Shown here: positions 51,058 through 64,000 of the stretch, piece by piece
Position numbering within the stretch: the stretch's first letter is position 1
How the letters are laid out: every line of letters begins with the position of its first letter
Source: Octopus sinensis
Lineage: Eukaryota
Reading direction: 5' to 3'
DNA length: 64,000 nt
Assembly: GCF_006345805.1 (NCBI RefSeq)
Contig: NC_043009.1
Span: 42,160,001 to 42,224,000, forward strand
Notes under the pieces: model-generated
Seen by the model: only the letters and a program-made list of their open reading frames with translations
The model's database searches: none
What the model was told of the DNA's origin: nothing
Made by a program: the position numbers and the translations under genes

Positions 51058-53586
51058 TGTATATAATGTATATGTAAATATATATATATATTTATTTATT
51101 TATTATATACCTGTATATATATATGTTTTGTATTTGCTCTTCTCTCTAACAATTGTACCATTACTCCGAATTCAATTTTCTTTGTTTATAATACATAATG
51201 TTCTGTTCACTATCTCATAACGCAGTCTGTTTCTTAAACAATGTTCTACACTTAGAAGATATTCCGAGTAAGTGTCTAGGAGCGAATTTATGCACGTCAC
51301 ATCTTCGTGTCAGACACGGCTAGAAAACCCTTGTGATGTTGTTCTGTAATGGTTTAGAATGCCTCCAGCAACAAGTAGACAGCTGACTTTCTCTGAAGCT
51401 TACCCACTTAACAACCAATAGTTTTCTCTCTGTATGGTAATAACAACAACTCTAATATAATTGTTTCAATGTTCACCACTGCCAGTTCGTTATGTAACGA
51501 GTCGTCTTTATTTATTTCACCTCTTTTACCTTCTGTATGAACAATGGAATAACTGCTCATAGCTTAATAGAAAGAGTTAGATTGAGGAAGAAAAAAATCC
51601 TCAAGTTACTGTGCTAGAGGTGAGTGTTTCGCACCACGGGACATCCTCACAGACCACAGTGCTGTGCTGTGCATAACAATGCGGATACTTCGGATGACAC
51701 ACTTGGTTATATCTCACTCTATTGAATCCCAATCGTTTTCTGGAGACGACACTTAACTGTCACTCGTACCCATTCATACATCACACAACTGGTACTCTTT
51801 TTTGCCCGGGGATAAAAAAAAATACATTCGCATGCATACAAAAGATAATTCGGTTTATTTCAAACTTACGAAGCTCTAAAAAGAAAGAAACCTGTACATG
51901 ACATCAAAACGTTTTAATATGTCTAAAAAATACAAAAAAGAACTATTTCTATAACTTGGTCTTCATTGTTGTAGAAAATGGAAGTGTGTTGTTTAGAGTC
52001 ACAATATTACAGCATTTAATAATTTCACTAATATCACCAACATACCAAGACACTAAAATAAACCAACATTACAAACATTAATAGATTACTGTTCCACACC
52101 AGATTAGAAACTGCCAGAAGTACCAATTGTCATAGCAGTTACTAAAGAATGGGAGCAAAAATACACACAGTTAAACCTGGTTCTTTATGTTCAGTTTTAT
52201 TTCTCATGACTAATTTCTATAGCGATTATAACGATTTCGACTGAATTCATCACTTGGGAGATTATTTCCCAAGACTCAGTAATTATTGCATAATTTTATA
52301 ACATTGTGTTTCTTTTGTTGTGGAAATTTGCATGAAAAATTCATCGGTCGTGTCCACAATGGAATGTCACTGGTGTATTTAAATTTGAGTTGGAAGGAAA
52401 TAATCTGAGGCCATAAAAACTACTTATGGTATCCTTCAGGGAATTTTCAGGCAATGTTTTTGTTTTTTCAGTGTTTCAAAGAAAAGCAAAGAAAACAGTA
52501 ATAATAACAACGAGAATAACAACAAAGAAAATTACAGATTCAGTTGTTGTTTACTTTTTTGTATTTTTTTTTTCTGTTTCTTCGTTAGCGTGAATTGTTG
52601 AGACAAAATATAAAAAATAAAATAAAGTAAAATAAAATATAATAAAATAAAATAAAAATTCTTGAAAGATTTCTGAACTTAAACCAGAAGTAAACATTCT
52701 CTGGGGACTCACGTTATTTGCTTTGTAAAGTCGAAAGACAAAAATAAAAAATAAAAAAAGACGAATATAAAAACAACTAAATTATAATTTGGAGCATAAA
52801 TTCCATATCATTTAATATTAAAACTAAAACATTTATCAAAGAATAAAAAAAATGTTGTTCATCTTTAATGAAATCTCACACTTCTTTATAATGAAAGAGA
52901 CTGGTATTTATTTATATCTTTCAAGCGTAGAGATCATATATTGCTGGAAAATATATGAAAAATATGAAGCAGAATATAGTATTTCTATTCTAAATTCGTA
53001 ACAAAGGAGAATAAAAGAACAAGGGAATGTGATATTCTTTACTGCAGGGAATTTCCCAGCACCCTTCTTTTTTCTTTCAAATTTAAAAAATAAGCGTATT
53101 TTGCTTTAGATGTATTGTGCCTATATTACTGAAAGCTGCTCTGTGGATTTACTGTGATTTACTTTTGGTTAAGTTTATCTGGTGTCTTGTATTATAATAT
53201 TTATCCTTAGAGGAGAATATGGTATAAATGTAAAATGAGTATGGCACTGCAACGCTTGATAGGTTTCTAATCTTTTTTCATATTTCAAGTGGTTGTTGCT
53301 TTTATATATGAATACTGCTATATATTCCAATGGATTAGTTAATTGGTTTCTTTCACCTGAGATAAATCCTTCTGTGGATTCTACGGTGTGAGATGAGAGA
53401 CAGAGAGGGTCGAAGTCACAGAGATAGAGAAAGACAGTCGAAGACAGAGACAGACAGACAGCGAGGAGGAGAGAGAGACGAAGTAACTTGGAGGTCCATG
53501 TGAAAGTAGGACGAGCATTAATAGACAGTCTTGATAAGATAGTAACAACCAATCGAAACTAATCCAGCTATTCCTGGGTTCGTTCT

Positions 53587-53641
<55 letters not shown>

Positions 53642-54024
53642 GTGAGTGAGTGAGTGAGTGAGTGTGAGACTCGTCTGATTAAACAATGAAGTGATTACAG
53701 TGAGTCTGAATATGCATCTAGCGAACGTACATTTGTGGGCTTATTCACAATATATTCAAATATTTACTTTCTTATGTTAGTACTTTAGTTCCGAAGCGTA
53801 CTCTGAACCAATCAGTCACTCCCCGAGTTAGTGAATTAATGTCGCAAACACAAGATCATAATTATCAAAAGACAAGAATACAATTTATTACATAAACATT
53901 ACTATGTAGATATTACCATTGTTATTCTTGTTTTAAACATAAACCAGCTTGATTATCAGATAAATTAACATCAAACGTATCCAACTAGGGTCATATTTTT
54001 TTAAAATACGTTGTATCTAATACT

Positions 54025-54354
54025 CTAAAGACTCCGCCGGTTACGACGACGAGGGTCCCAGCTTGATACGATCAACGGAACAGCTTGCTCGTGAAATTAA
54101 CGTGCAAATGGCTGAGCATTCCACAGACACGTGTACCCTTAACGTAGTTCTCGGGAAAAATCAGCGTGACACAGAGAGTGACAAGAGGCTGACCCTTTGA
54201 AATACAAGTACAACTCATTTTTGCCAGCTGAGTGGACTGGAGCAACGTGAAATAAAAGTGTCTTGCTCAAGGACACAACGCGTCGCCGGGAATCGAACTC
54301 ACAACCTTACGATCATGAGCCGAATGCCCTAACCACTAAGTCACGCGCCCTCAC
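54025..54354 (-). mobile_element. SINE family C, full length with TSD
   Basis: TSD TATCTAATACT at 54014-54024 and 54355-54365; A and B boxes on the minus strand. Confidence 0.9.
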
Positions 54355-55272
54355 TATCTAATACTACATTATCCAATGAGTCATACCAATTAACCTTGGC
54401 GCTTTATAAAATGATAAAAAGTTACTTGACGAAATTGTTATTGATACCAGCGACCACAAAGAGGCTTTCTTCATTGGCTTTATATCTGTGTATCAATGTG
54501 TTATCCGGCTCAGTTAACAACATGTAACCAGACATTGTTATTAATTTTATATCTTGGAATAGCGTAATATTTATCTTTGTTTGTATCAGGTATCAACTGT
54601 GTTTTATAAGATTACGTATGGTCTATCAAACTGCTCACCAGGCGTATGTAAGTACATGTAGTATGTAGGTACATGTAGCATGTATGTGTGCAACTATGCA
54701 TTTATATCTGCATATATTGGTGTGGTGTATATAGGTATATATATATATATATATATAATATATATATATATATAATATATATTATATATATATAATATAT
54801 ATATTATATATATATGCAAGCAAGCATATTTGTATATGTGCTAATATATGTATATTGTATTTTTATATGAGTGTATGCTTTTCTCTCTATTGTTCTCCAT
54901 CTCTGTTATTTATGAGTGCATGTATATATAGTATATATATATATAATATATATGTGTGTGGTGGGTGTGTGGTGTGGGTGGTGTGTGTGTGTGGATGTAT
55001 AATTATTCAAAGGACATACTAAATATGTCTACCTGATAGAAATATCAGTCAATACTCTTATTTAAATCGCCAAAATATACTGATAATAATTACAGAAATC
55101 AACCAATATTTAGTATGTCCTTTGATTAATTTTAATCCTTCAGCTACTTGATGCTTTCTGTGGGGCCTGCAAACGCCTATATTATTGATTCTGTTATTAT
55201 AATTTTTAAATTGTTACACACGATAATAACAGAGTCAATGTTATTTTTTCTTGAATTTTTTACTCCATTGGA

Positions 55273-55310
<38 letters not shown>

Positions 55311-55352
55311 CGGCGTACGTACACTTTGTTTTCTTATATGTAAGTACACATT

Positions 55353-55384
<32 letters not shown>

Positions 55385-55388
<4 letters not shown>

Positions 55389-55840
55389 TAAATAAAATAA
55401 AACATATGCATATATATAAACATATATGTACGTACCTACCTCTACATGTACATATACACGCATATATGAGTACAGGACACCAAAAGGACGTCGAACACAA
55501 TGAGAAACGAAAACATAGACACAAACCAAAGGAACTGGACATTTATTTAAAAACAGCAAAAAATAGAGTACAGGACAATTAACACAAAGAAAAAACCCCT
55601 TCTTCAGTCGCTAAAGGTTTCATCTACTCTACGTTTCGAAGGATAAAAGCGAGACGTATCTTCGACAAGAAAACTTTCCTTCCTGCGCAAAGCAAATCAA
55701 TTAAATTTCTGAGATCTTTTCGCAGAGGGGTAAAAAATGGTAACAACAGGACAGTAACGACAGTACAAATTGTAAACAGTAAAAGACAGGACAAGGAAAA
55801 ACAAGATAAGAAGGGCTGTTGACGCCGAACGAAAAAAAAT
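55385..55840. mobile_element. (TA)n-associated repeat related to 40570-41023
   Basis: Shared ATATATGTACGTACCTAC, repeated AGTACAGGACA and CCTTCCTGCG blocks. Confidence 0.7.
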
Positions 55841-56639
55841 ATATATTTAAAAATATTTTGCAATGTGTTGCTTATTGCATGCTTAAATGTTTGTGTTTTT
55901 AAGCATATTTTGTTCATTCTTAATTTTATATAATATATATATATATATAATTTATATATAATATATAATTTTATATATAATATATAAACATATACACGTT
56001 TTGGAACATTGTCATCTTATAAGATTTTGCTGGCAAGTTTTAAAATTAAAATAAACAATTATTTACAAGACAGAAAATTGCTGGAGAACTTTCATCTAAT
56101 TCTTCCAAATCTTTCTGTTAAAACTATATTTGTGGGGGCAAAATTGTAATGTGTTTATTGCATGTAACGTGTTGTTTATCGCATTTGAATTAAATGTATA
56201 TTTATATATAAATGCTTGTTTACTCGTTTCTTTATGTCAAGGTGCATTGAGGTAGTTGTGACGTGTGCTAAAAATAACAGTTAGATAAGATTTGGGGGGA
56301 TAAATCTTTTAAATTAACATAAACATTTATTTAAATGAAAGAAAATTACCGGTGACATAAAACGTGTTGTTTACAAATATTGACAACCCGCGTTATTTCA
56401 GGATGTTGATGACAAAATGTGCAGTCCCGCACAAAATGACAGCTTCCAAAACCTGTTTCCTGACTGGGTGACAATGATCAAAATTTAAACCTCTATAACG
56501 TTTTATAAACATTTTTCTGGAAAAAATGAAATAACTCCAGCATTTCAGTTTGGGCGTGTGTATAATAGTGCCAAATTTTCAAATTTTCGGTAAAGTTTAA
56601 TTTTTGAAATGCCGGCAGCCAAACTAACTAGGTCCTTTA

Positions 56640-56744
56640 TTTTTTTAAAGCTTCGCCCTAATTCTATCGGACGCTTTTGCCAAGGTTCTATGTTCCGGAG
56701 GCGTAAAATCACCAAGACCAGTTGTCAAGCATTGGCGGGCGGAG

Positions 56745-56817
<73 letters not shown>

Positions 56818-57057
56818 ATGTGTGTGTGCATGTGTGTGTCTCCGGTAATTTGCTTTCATTTAAATAAATGCTTGTTTTGTTTATATATATATAAACGACG
56901 GGCTTCTTCCAGTTTCCGTCAACCAAATCCATTCACAGGGATTTGGTCGGCCTGTGGCTATAGAAAACACTTGCCCAAGATGCTACGCAGTAGGACTGAA
57001 CCCGTAACCATGTGGTTGGGAAGCAAGCTTCTTACCACACAGCCACGCCTGCGCCTA
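56640..57057 (-). mobile_element. SINE family B
   Basis: Head and CORE-like part match the 3607 copy; further degenerate copies at about 33300, 44190, 45975, 57230, 59990, 60455, 60670 and 63975. Confidence 0.82.
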
Positions 57058-57791
57058 TACAGTTATGTTCTTCAACTACAGCATTAGAGCTTTTTTATTA
57101 GCTCTTATTGCTAGCAGTGTAAGTGTTCTAACACCCTAGTCATATTTAGTGATAATTATAGCTTTCCTTTTTGGTAACACATTGCATACTGCTGTCTATA
57201 TGAAATTGTACACACACACGCACGCACACACGACGAACTACCACACTTGCCATTTGGCAAATTCGCTCACAAGGCATTGGTCGGTCTGGGGTTATAGTAA
57301 AAGACACCTGAGCAAGAAACTTCGCAGTGGAACTGAACCCGAAACCAACATGTTTACAAAGTGTGTTTCTTAACTAAACAGCCTTTTCTGCACCTAGGCC
57401 TTTTTCCTTTTTCTATATAAAACAGCTCTGTAGCCAAATGAATAAAACCTAAAGCCTATTTTATCAAAGACCTACTTTATAGTGGTATTTATGTTTTATC
57501 AGTCCCCGAGGGTGAATGAAAGTAAAAGTCAAAATCAACTCTGGTGGTAATTGAACTCATAATGTTATGCTGTTGTGATGGTGGTGGTGGTGGGGAATTA
57601 AATGCTGTAAAGCACCTGTTCCAATGCCCCGTGAGGAAAGAAAGCTTTTGGTGGGAAGAAATGTGGTTTAGTATAAGTTGCCGATACAACGCTTTCTTTA
57701 GTTACACATGTTATCATGCAATGACGCTTTTAGTGCTAACAATAACCCGAACAACAACCAATCAGGATTCGTACTCTTAATTCCATATATT

Positions 57792-57833
<42 letters not shown>

Positions 57834-57834
57834 G

Positions 57835-57865
<31 letters not shown>

Positions 57866-58555
57866 CGTCGTTGTTGTTTTGTTGTTGTTTAGGTGGTGGC
57901 AACGGTGGCGGCGGTGATGGTGATGGTGGTGGTGGTGGCGGCGGCGACGGCGACGGTGACGGTGGTTTCTTTTATATGGCGCTGAGGCATAGATGAGCGA
58001 AACAACGGAATGTAATAGAGGAAATACGGGTCAGATGTGGAGATGATGAACGCTATCAAAATATTTGGGTTAGAGGTGAGGCGAGGCATGGTGCGTTGAC
58101 GAGAAGGTAGAAGGGCTTAATGATAGACCTTCTACGAAAAGTAACCGATTGAGCACCAGTGATGTGTGGCGAGTGAATTCTCAAGGACTTCGACTCTTTC
58201 CCTCCTCTTCCTTCTCCACCTCCTTCTTCCCGTCGTGTCTGAAAGAAGAAGGAATTATGAATTAATTTATGAAAACTATTGTTGCAATGTCTGGGTATAG
58301 TGTCTAGCCAGTGGGGGATCCAATATACATTGTATTGGCAACTTAACAAGGATAAAGGCACGCAGGGTGGCTTTATCCTTAACGATATATATTTCGACAT
58401 AAGCTATTTTTCAGGCTAGACTTTGTCATACTGACTTCACCGCCCACTATCTCACCTTCTTCCTCACTTTAGGGATGATCTTAAATAGGACCTAATTATG
58501 TTAAGGTCATATTAGATGCCGTAGATTTTTCTCTCCGAGATATCTCAAATTTTAT

Positions 58556-59754
58556 TCTTTTCTAATCTAGGCACAAGGCTCGAAATTTCGGAGGAGGGGT
58601 CCAGTCGATTAGATCGACCACAGTACGCAACTGGTATTTAATTTATTAACCCCAAAAGGATGAAAGACAAAGTCGACTTCGGTGAAATTTGAACTCAAAA
58701 AGTAAAGGCAGACGAAATACCGCTAAGCAATCCGGCCGCCGTGCTAACGTTTCTGCCAGCTAGCCTCCTTGAAACCCATTTCACATTCTTTTCTGCTCTA
58801 GGTTCAAGGCACGAAATTTTAGGGGAAGGGGACAGTCGATTAGATCGACCCAGTACGCAACTGATACTTAATTTATCGACCCCGTAAAGATGGAAGGCAA
58901 AGTCGACCACGGCAGAATTTGAACTCAGAACGTAAAGATAGACGAAATACCTATTTCTTTAGTGCCCACTAGGGGCTAAACACAGAGGGGAACAAACAAG
59001 GACAAACAAACGGATTAAGTCGATTATATCGACCCTAGTGCGTAACTGGTACTTATTTAATCGACCCCGAAAGGATGAAAGGCAAAGTCGACCTCGGCGG
59101 AATTTGAACTCAGAACGTAGCGGCAGACGAAATACGGCTAAACATTTCGCGCGGTGTGCTAACGTTTCTGCCAGCTCACTGCCTTGAAACCCATTTCATA
59201 TTCTTTTCTGCTCAAGGCACAAGACCCAAAATTTTAGGGGAAGGGGACAGTCGATTAGATCGACCCATTACGCAACTGATACTTAATTTATCAACTCCGT
59301 AAAGATGGAAGGCAAAGTCGACCTCGGCGGAATTTGAACTCAGAACGTAAAGACAGACGAAATACCTATTTCTTCATTGCCCACAAGGGGCTAAACACAG
59401 AGGGGAACAAACAAGGTCAAACAAAGGGATTAAGTCAATTACATCGACCCCAGTGCGTAACTGGTACTTATTTAATCGACCCCGAGAGGATGAAAGGTAA
59501 AGTCGACCTCGGCGGAATTTGTACTCAGAACGTAGCAGCAGACGAAATATCTATTTCTTTACAACCCATAAGGGGCTAAACACAGAGGGGACAAACAAGG
59601 ACAGACAAACGGATTAAGTCGGTTACATCGACCCCAGTGCGTAACTGGTACTTAATTTATCGAACCCGAAAGGATGAAAAGCAAAGTCGACCTCGGCGGA
59701 ATTTGAACTCAGAACGTAACGGCTGACGAAATACGGCTACGCATTTCGCCCGCC
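58556..59754 (-). mobile_element. SINE A cluster, 6 units in three nested/tandem groups
   Basis: Repeated CAAAGTCGACCTCGGCGGAATTTGAACTCAGAACGTA; fixed junctions near 58950, 59365 and 59550. Confidence 0.9.
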
Positions 59755-60248
59755 TTATTTCCCAAGTTTTATTAAATACGAAATAAATTTTTTTTAATTT
59801 AAATCATCCAAATGTGACCTGAGATAAAAAAAATAATAAAGAATCTCCAAGTTTTGCTAGAGTATATTTTTGCAGGACGAAATCCGGAAAGGACATGAAA
59901 GATGATACGATTTAATACATTATTTTAGAATTAATTTATTTTTAAGTAGTTATTTTGGCTGTATATTTTTGTTTGTTTTTCTTTTAGTTCTTTCAGTCAT
60001 TCGATTGCGGATATTTTGGGTGGTTAACTCCCTTGGTGGATTTAGTCAAGCAAATCGATTCCACTACTTATTTCGATAAGCCTGTAACTTATTCTATTGG
60101 GCTCTTTTTCATGAACCGCTTTGTTACGTGAACGGAAATAAACCAACACCTGTTGTCAAATGATAGCAGTGCACAAGCACAAATATCAACATTGACACAG
60201 ACACACACACATATAATTTATGCATATGCGTATGCATATATACATACA

Positions 60249-60313
<65 letters not shown>

Positions 60314-60417
60314 ATTATATATACTTATACATGCATACATATATATATATATATATGCAAAAACATATATATTTTTGTGTGTGTGTATATATATATATAT
60401 ATGCAAAAACATATATT

Positions 60418-60454
<37 letters not shown>

Positions 60455-61071
60455 CTTCGTGTCTGTGTTTGTCCCCCCCCCCCACCGCCTATGTCCCGTA
60501 ATTTAACAATTTGGCCAGAGACCGATGGAATAAGTACCAGGCTTAAAAAATAAGTACTCGGGTCGTCCATTCGTCTAGAAATTCAAGGCGATGCCCCAGT
60601 ATGGCCGCAGTCTAATGACTGAAACAAATAAGAGAATGAAAGAAGATATACATATGTATGTATGTATATGTACGGCTTCTTTCAGTTTCTCTTTACCAAG
60701 TCCATTCACAAGGGCTTTGGCCATCCCGGAGCAATAATAGAAGATGCATGCCCAAGATGCCATGACGTGTGCTTGAACTCAGTACCGTGTGGTTGGGAAA
60801 CAAACATTTTATCAAGGTAAAATTTTTGCTAACAATCGACTCAACTTTGGGTCTGAAAACTTCAGTTTCCACTTGATTTCTATCCCGAAAATAAAGTGAT
60901 TGCTAGTGGACATTTCTATGAGGTTGCTGGTTCGTTAGAACCGAAAATTCTACAAGGGACCAGTAAATTGCATTGTAAGTAGGGAACGTTGATTTATGGT
61001 GTGTGTATACATACTCACACACACACACATATGTATGTATATGTATATGTATGTGTGTATGTGTGTGTGTA

Positions 61072-62288
61072 TTGAGTCATCCCATAAATAATGCGGTTTT
61101 TCAATTGTATGAACGTGATCTGCATCAACTTGCGATAAAAGCAGGTGGTAATCTTACTTTGTGCTTATTCTTAGTGCAAATTTTGAAGAGTGCAGTTCGA
61201 TTTTAACAGTTATTTTTTTCAAAGCTATAATGGAAGTGACAAAGGAGCATCTTTGGTATATTTTGGGTTTTGAGTTCAATAATGGCAACAACGCAACGGA
61301 ATGTACGAGGAATATTAATGCAGTATATGGGGATCCGACAACAAGCGCAACCCAGTGTCAATGGTGGTTCCAGAAAATTCCGAGCTGGAAACTACAGCCT
61401 AAAATACGATCCTCGTCCTGAAAGATCTGACGAGCTCGACGAGGACGTCCTGCAAACCCTGGTGGAACAAAATTCCATCGTAACTGTTGAGGAACTAGCA
61501 GGGAAGCTTGGATTTGGTAATTTAGCCATTCATCGATACCTGCGTGCTATCGGAAAAGTCAGCAAATTGGGTCAATGGGTTCCTCACAAACTTCCCGAGT
61601 CTAATCCCGCGCAGTGAATGAATGTGTGCTCTTCTTTGCTGTCACGTCTCACGAATGAACCGTTTTTCGACCGAATAGTGAATGGTGACGAGAGATGCGT
61701 TCTCTATAAAAATGTCAAGTGCCGAAGACAGTGGGTAGGGAAAGGAAAAACACCAGCACCCTAAGCTAAAGGTCTTCACCCACGTAAGGTGTTGTTATCT
61801 GGTTGGTGGGATATGGATGGTTTAGTCTACTTAAAACTTTTAAACCTAAACCAAACGAGCAGCTTGAGGGACACAAGTCAGCGCTAGTAGAAAAACGACC
61901 ATCTTTGATTTCAAGACAAAGGATGTTCTTCCATCAGGAAAATACTCGGTCACATACAGCGCGGATGACATTCCAAAGGTTGGAGTAGTTTGAATGGGAA
62001 ACGATGCCCCACCCACCATATTCGTCAGACATTGCCCCATCAGATTATCATTTATTCTGCAGTCTTCAAAATCATTTTGATGGAAAAAATATGAATTCTG
62101 TAGTAAAGGTCAGAACAGTACTGGAGGAGTATTTTTCGCCACGGACAAGTGAATTTTGGAAATTCACCAGATAAATGGAAGAGCCTTGTAGAAAATGACG
62201 GAGAGTATATTTCGGATTAAAAAAGAACTTTATCATATGAAAAACAGAAGAAATATAAAAAAACCGCATTATTTATGGGATGACCCAG
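61072..62288 (+). mobile_element. Mariner transposon, near full length, defective
   Basis: Same TIRs as the 46374 copy; ATG at 61230 (MEVTKEHL), WVPHKL, RIVNGDE, HQENTRSH, HPPYSSDIAPSDYHLF; stops and frameshifts; stop at 62220. Confidence 0.95.
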
Positions 62289-62311
62289 AGTTTGAGATAT
62301 GGTAAAACAGG

Positions 62312-62833
62312 CGGTTATACATTTGTCAATGAATCGTTATCGACATTGACTTAACGAAGAAAGATTAATAGGTTTATTTAAAGGTTATTGATTTGTCAAT
62401 CGGTCATTATCGATATTGACTTCACGAAGGGAAGTCAATGGGCTTATTGAAAGATTATTGATCTGTTAGTGGGTCATTATCGATATTGTTTTGACGATGA
62501 AATGTCAATGGGCTTAAGGACAGGTTATTCATCTGTCAATCGATCGTTATCGATATTGACTTCACGAAGAAAAGTCAATATGTTTATTGAAAGGTTATTG
62601 ATCCGTCGATCGATCGGTGTCTATATTGACATCACGATGAAAAGTCAATGGACCTTTTGAAATGTTACTGATCTATCAGTGGGTCATCATCGATACTGAT
62701 TTTTAAAAAATGTCATTGGGTTTCATGAAAGGTTATTAAAGTGTCATTATCGATATTGACTTCACGAAGAATGGTCAATTGGTTTACTGAAAGATCATTG
62801 ATTTCCCAGTCGATGGTTATCGATATTGACTTC
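62312..62833. repeat. 70-bp minisatellite, about 7.5 diverged units, each with a hairpin
   Basis: TATCGATATTGAC-like anchor at 62338, 62408, 62478, 62548, 62618, 62688, 62748 and 62818. Confidence 0.9.
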
Positions 62834-63046
62834 GCTTGAAACGGAACTAACAGCGGTAGCTTCCGGAGAATTTACGGAAGTGTTATTAGTTTAAATTATA
62901 TATGAAATATCGATTACTGTGAACTGAAACACTGTTCCGATTGATTTTTCATATACTATAATAATACTTAACGTTTTGTATATGTAATTGTATGTATTAA
63001 TACACAAACACACACACACGCGCACACTCACACACACACACACACA

Positions 63047-63096
<50 letters not shown>

Positions 63097-63103
63097 GACA
63101 CGC

Positions 63104-63149
<46 letters not shown>

Positions 63150-63162
63150 TTAATAATAATAA

Positions 63163-63672
63163 TAACTGATTGGAAGTGTTATCATGTACATTGTTTTGTC
63201 TTGGTATAAAGGATGGGCTACAGCAAATATTCTGCTCAATACCACAGATTTGCTTGTCAGTTGTTTGACCATAACCAGTTGAGGATGTCCCGTAGTGGCT
63301 GACGTTATGTGCATCTCTGATCATGAGCAGAAGTAGTGGGGGAGCATCATAGCCATGTGTTGAGAGGGATTGTTTGGGGTTTGAATAATTCACCTCTGGA
63401 AAAATGGGTGTTTCGTTCAACATCCTTAAATAACACTTATTCAGGGACCGTTTGAGTGGGATGGGTTACTCGACCTGAAGAAAACTCTAACTGGGCCCCA
63501 CCTGCAAGGTCATGTGCTGTTTATCTGGATATGAGATCACCATGTCGCGCACACATGGTTGTGATGCACGTGCCTAGTGTACCCTTATCAGACGTGTAGT
63601 CACGATAGGTATACTGGGCTTCGTATATTTTATCCCAGTGTCACTTTGATGGCATGAACTGCTCTCTCACTC
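63163..63672 (+). mobile_element. About 510-bp non-coding element flanked on both sides by (AAT)n
   Basis: Homologous to 26321-26834; pure AAT arrays on both flanks. Confidence 0.8.
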
Positions 63673-63783
<111 letters not shown>

Positions 63784-64000
63784 CCTTGTATGGAATTAAT
63801 AAACATTTACCATGAAGATAATCAACCCGATGCCCATGGATACTACGGATTACACTGTAATCATCAATGGAATGCGGACTGTGATCTTAAGTGAAATGTG
63901 ATTTGTGGAAACGTGTTTAGCGATGCATTGACTGTTTATATATTCCATCCAAGGATTATTGTTATTATTATTATAGGAGTGGCTGTATGGTAAGTAGCTT

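Noticed and set aside
56240-56270. let-7 or miR-33-like TGAGGTAGTTG / GTGCATTG
   Set aside because: Only seed-length matches and no precursor hairpin.
62312-62833. CRISPR-like array
   Set aside because: The segments between dyads are homologous to each other rather than unique spacers; eukaryotic context with no cas genes.

Overview
AT-rich, microsatellite-saturated animal DNA. The SINE and repeat content points to an octopus (coleoid cephalopod) intronic or intergenic region; this is inferred from repeat style, not from a database search. No host protein-coding gene can be supported, and nearly all listed ORFs are microsatellite read-throughs. The recognisable coding remnants are all transposon-derived: a 5'-truncated Penelope-like element (PLE; RT YRDD, GIY-YIG, inverted 5' copy of its 3' end, hammerhead ribozyme), two defective mariners, a Tc1/mariner remnant, two R4/Dong-type LINE remnants and a short LINE 3' end. 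Two signals stand out. (1) A set of small hammerhead-bearing or 5'-inverted non-autonomous elements, including a tRNA-headed (Pol III) SINE that carries a hammerhead and a PLE-style inverted end. (2) A SINE subfamily that repeatedly inserts at one fixed position in the tRNA head of its own family and shares its 3' tail with a TSD-flanked, possibly Tx1-like, LINE fragment in the same window. All coordinates were read by eye and may be off by a few bases.
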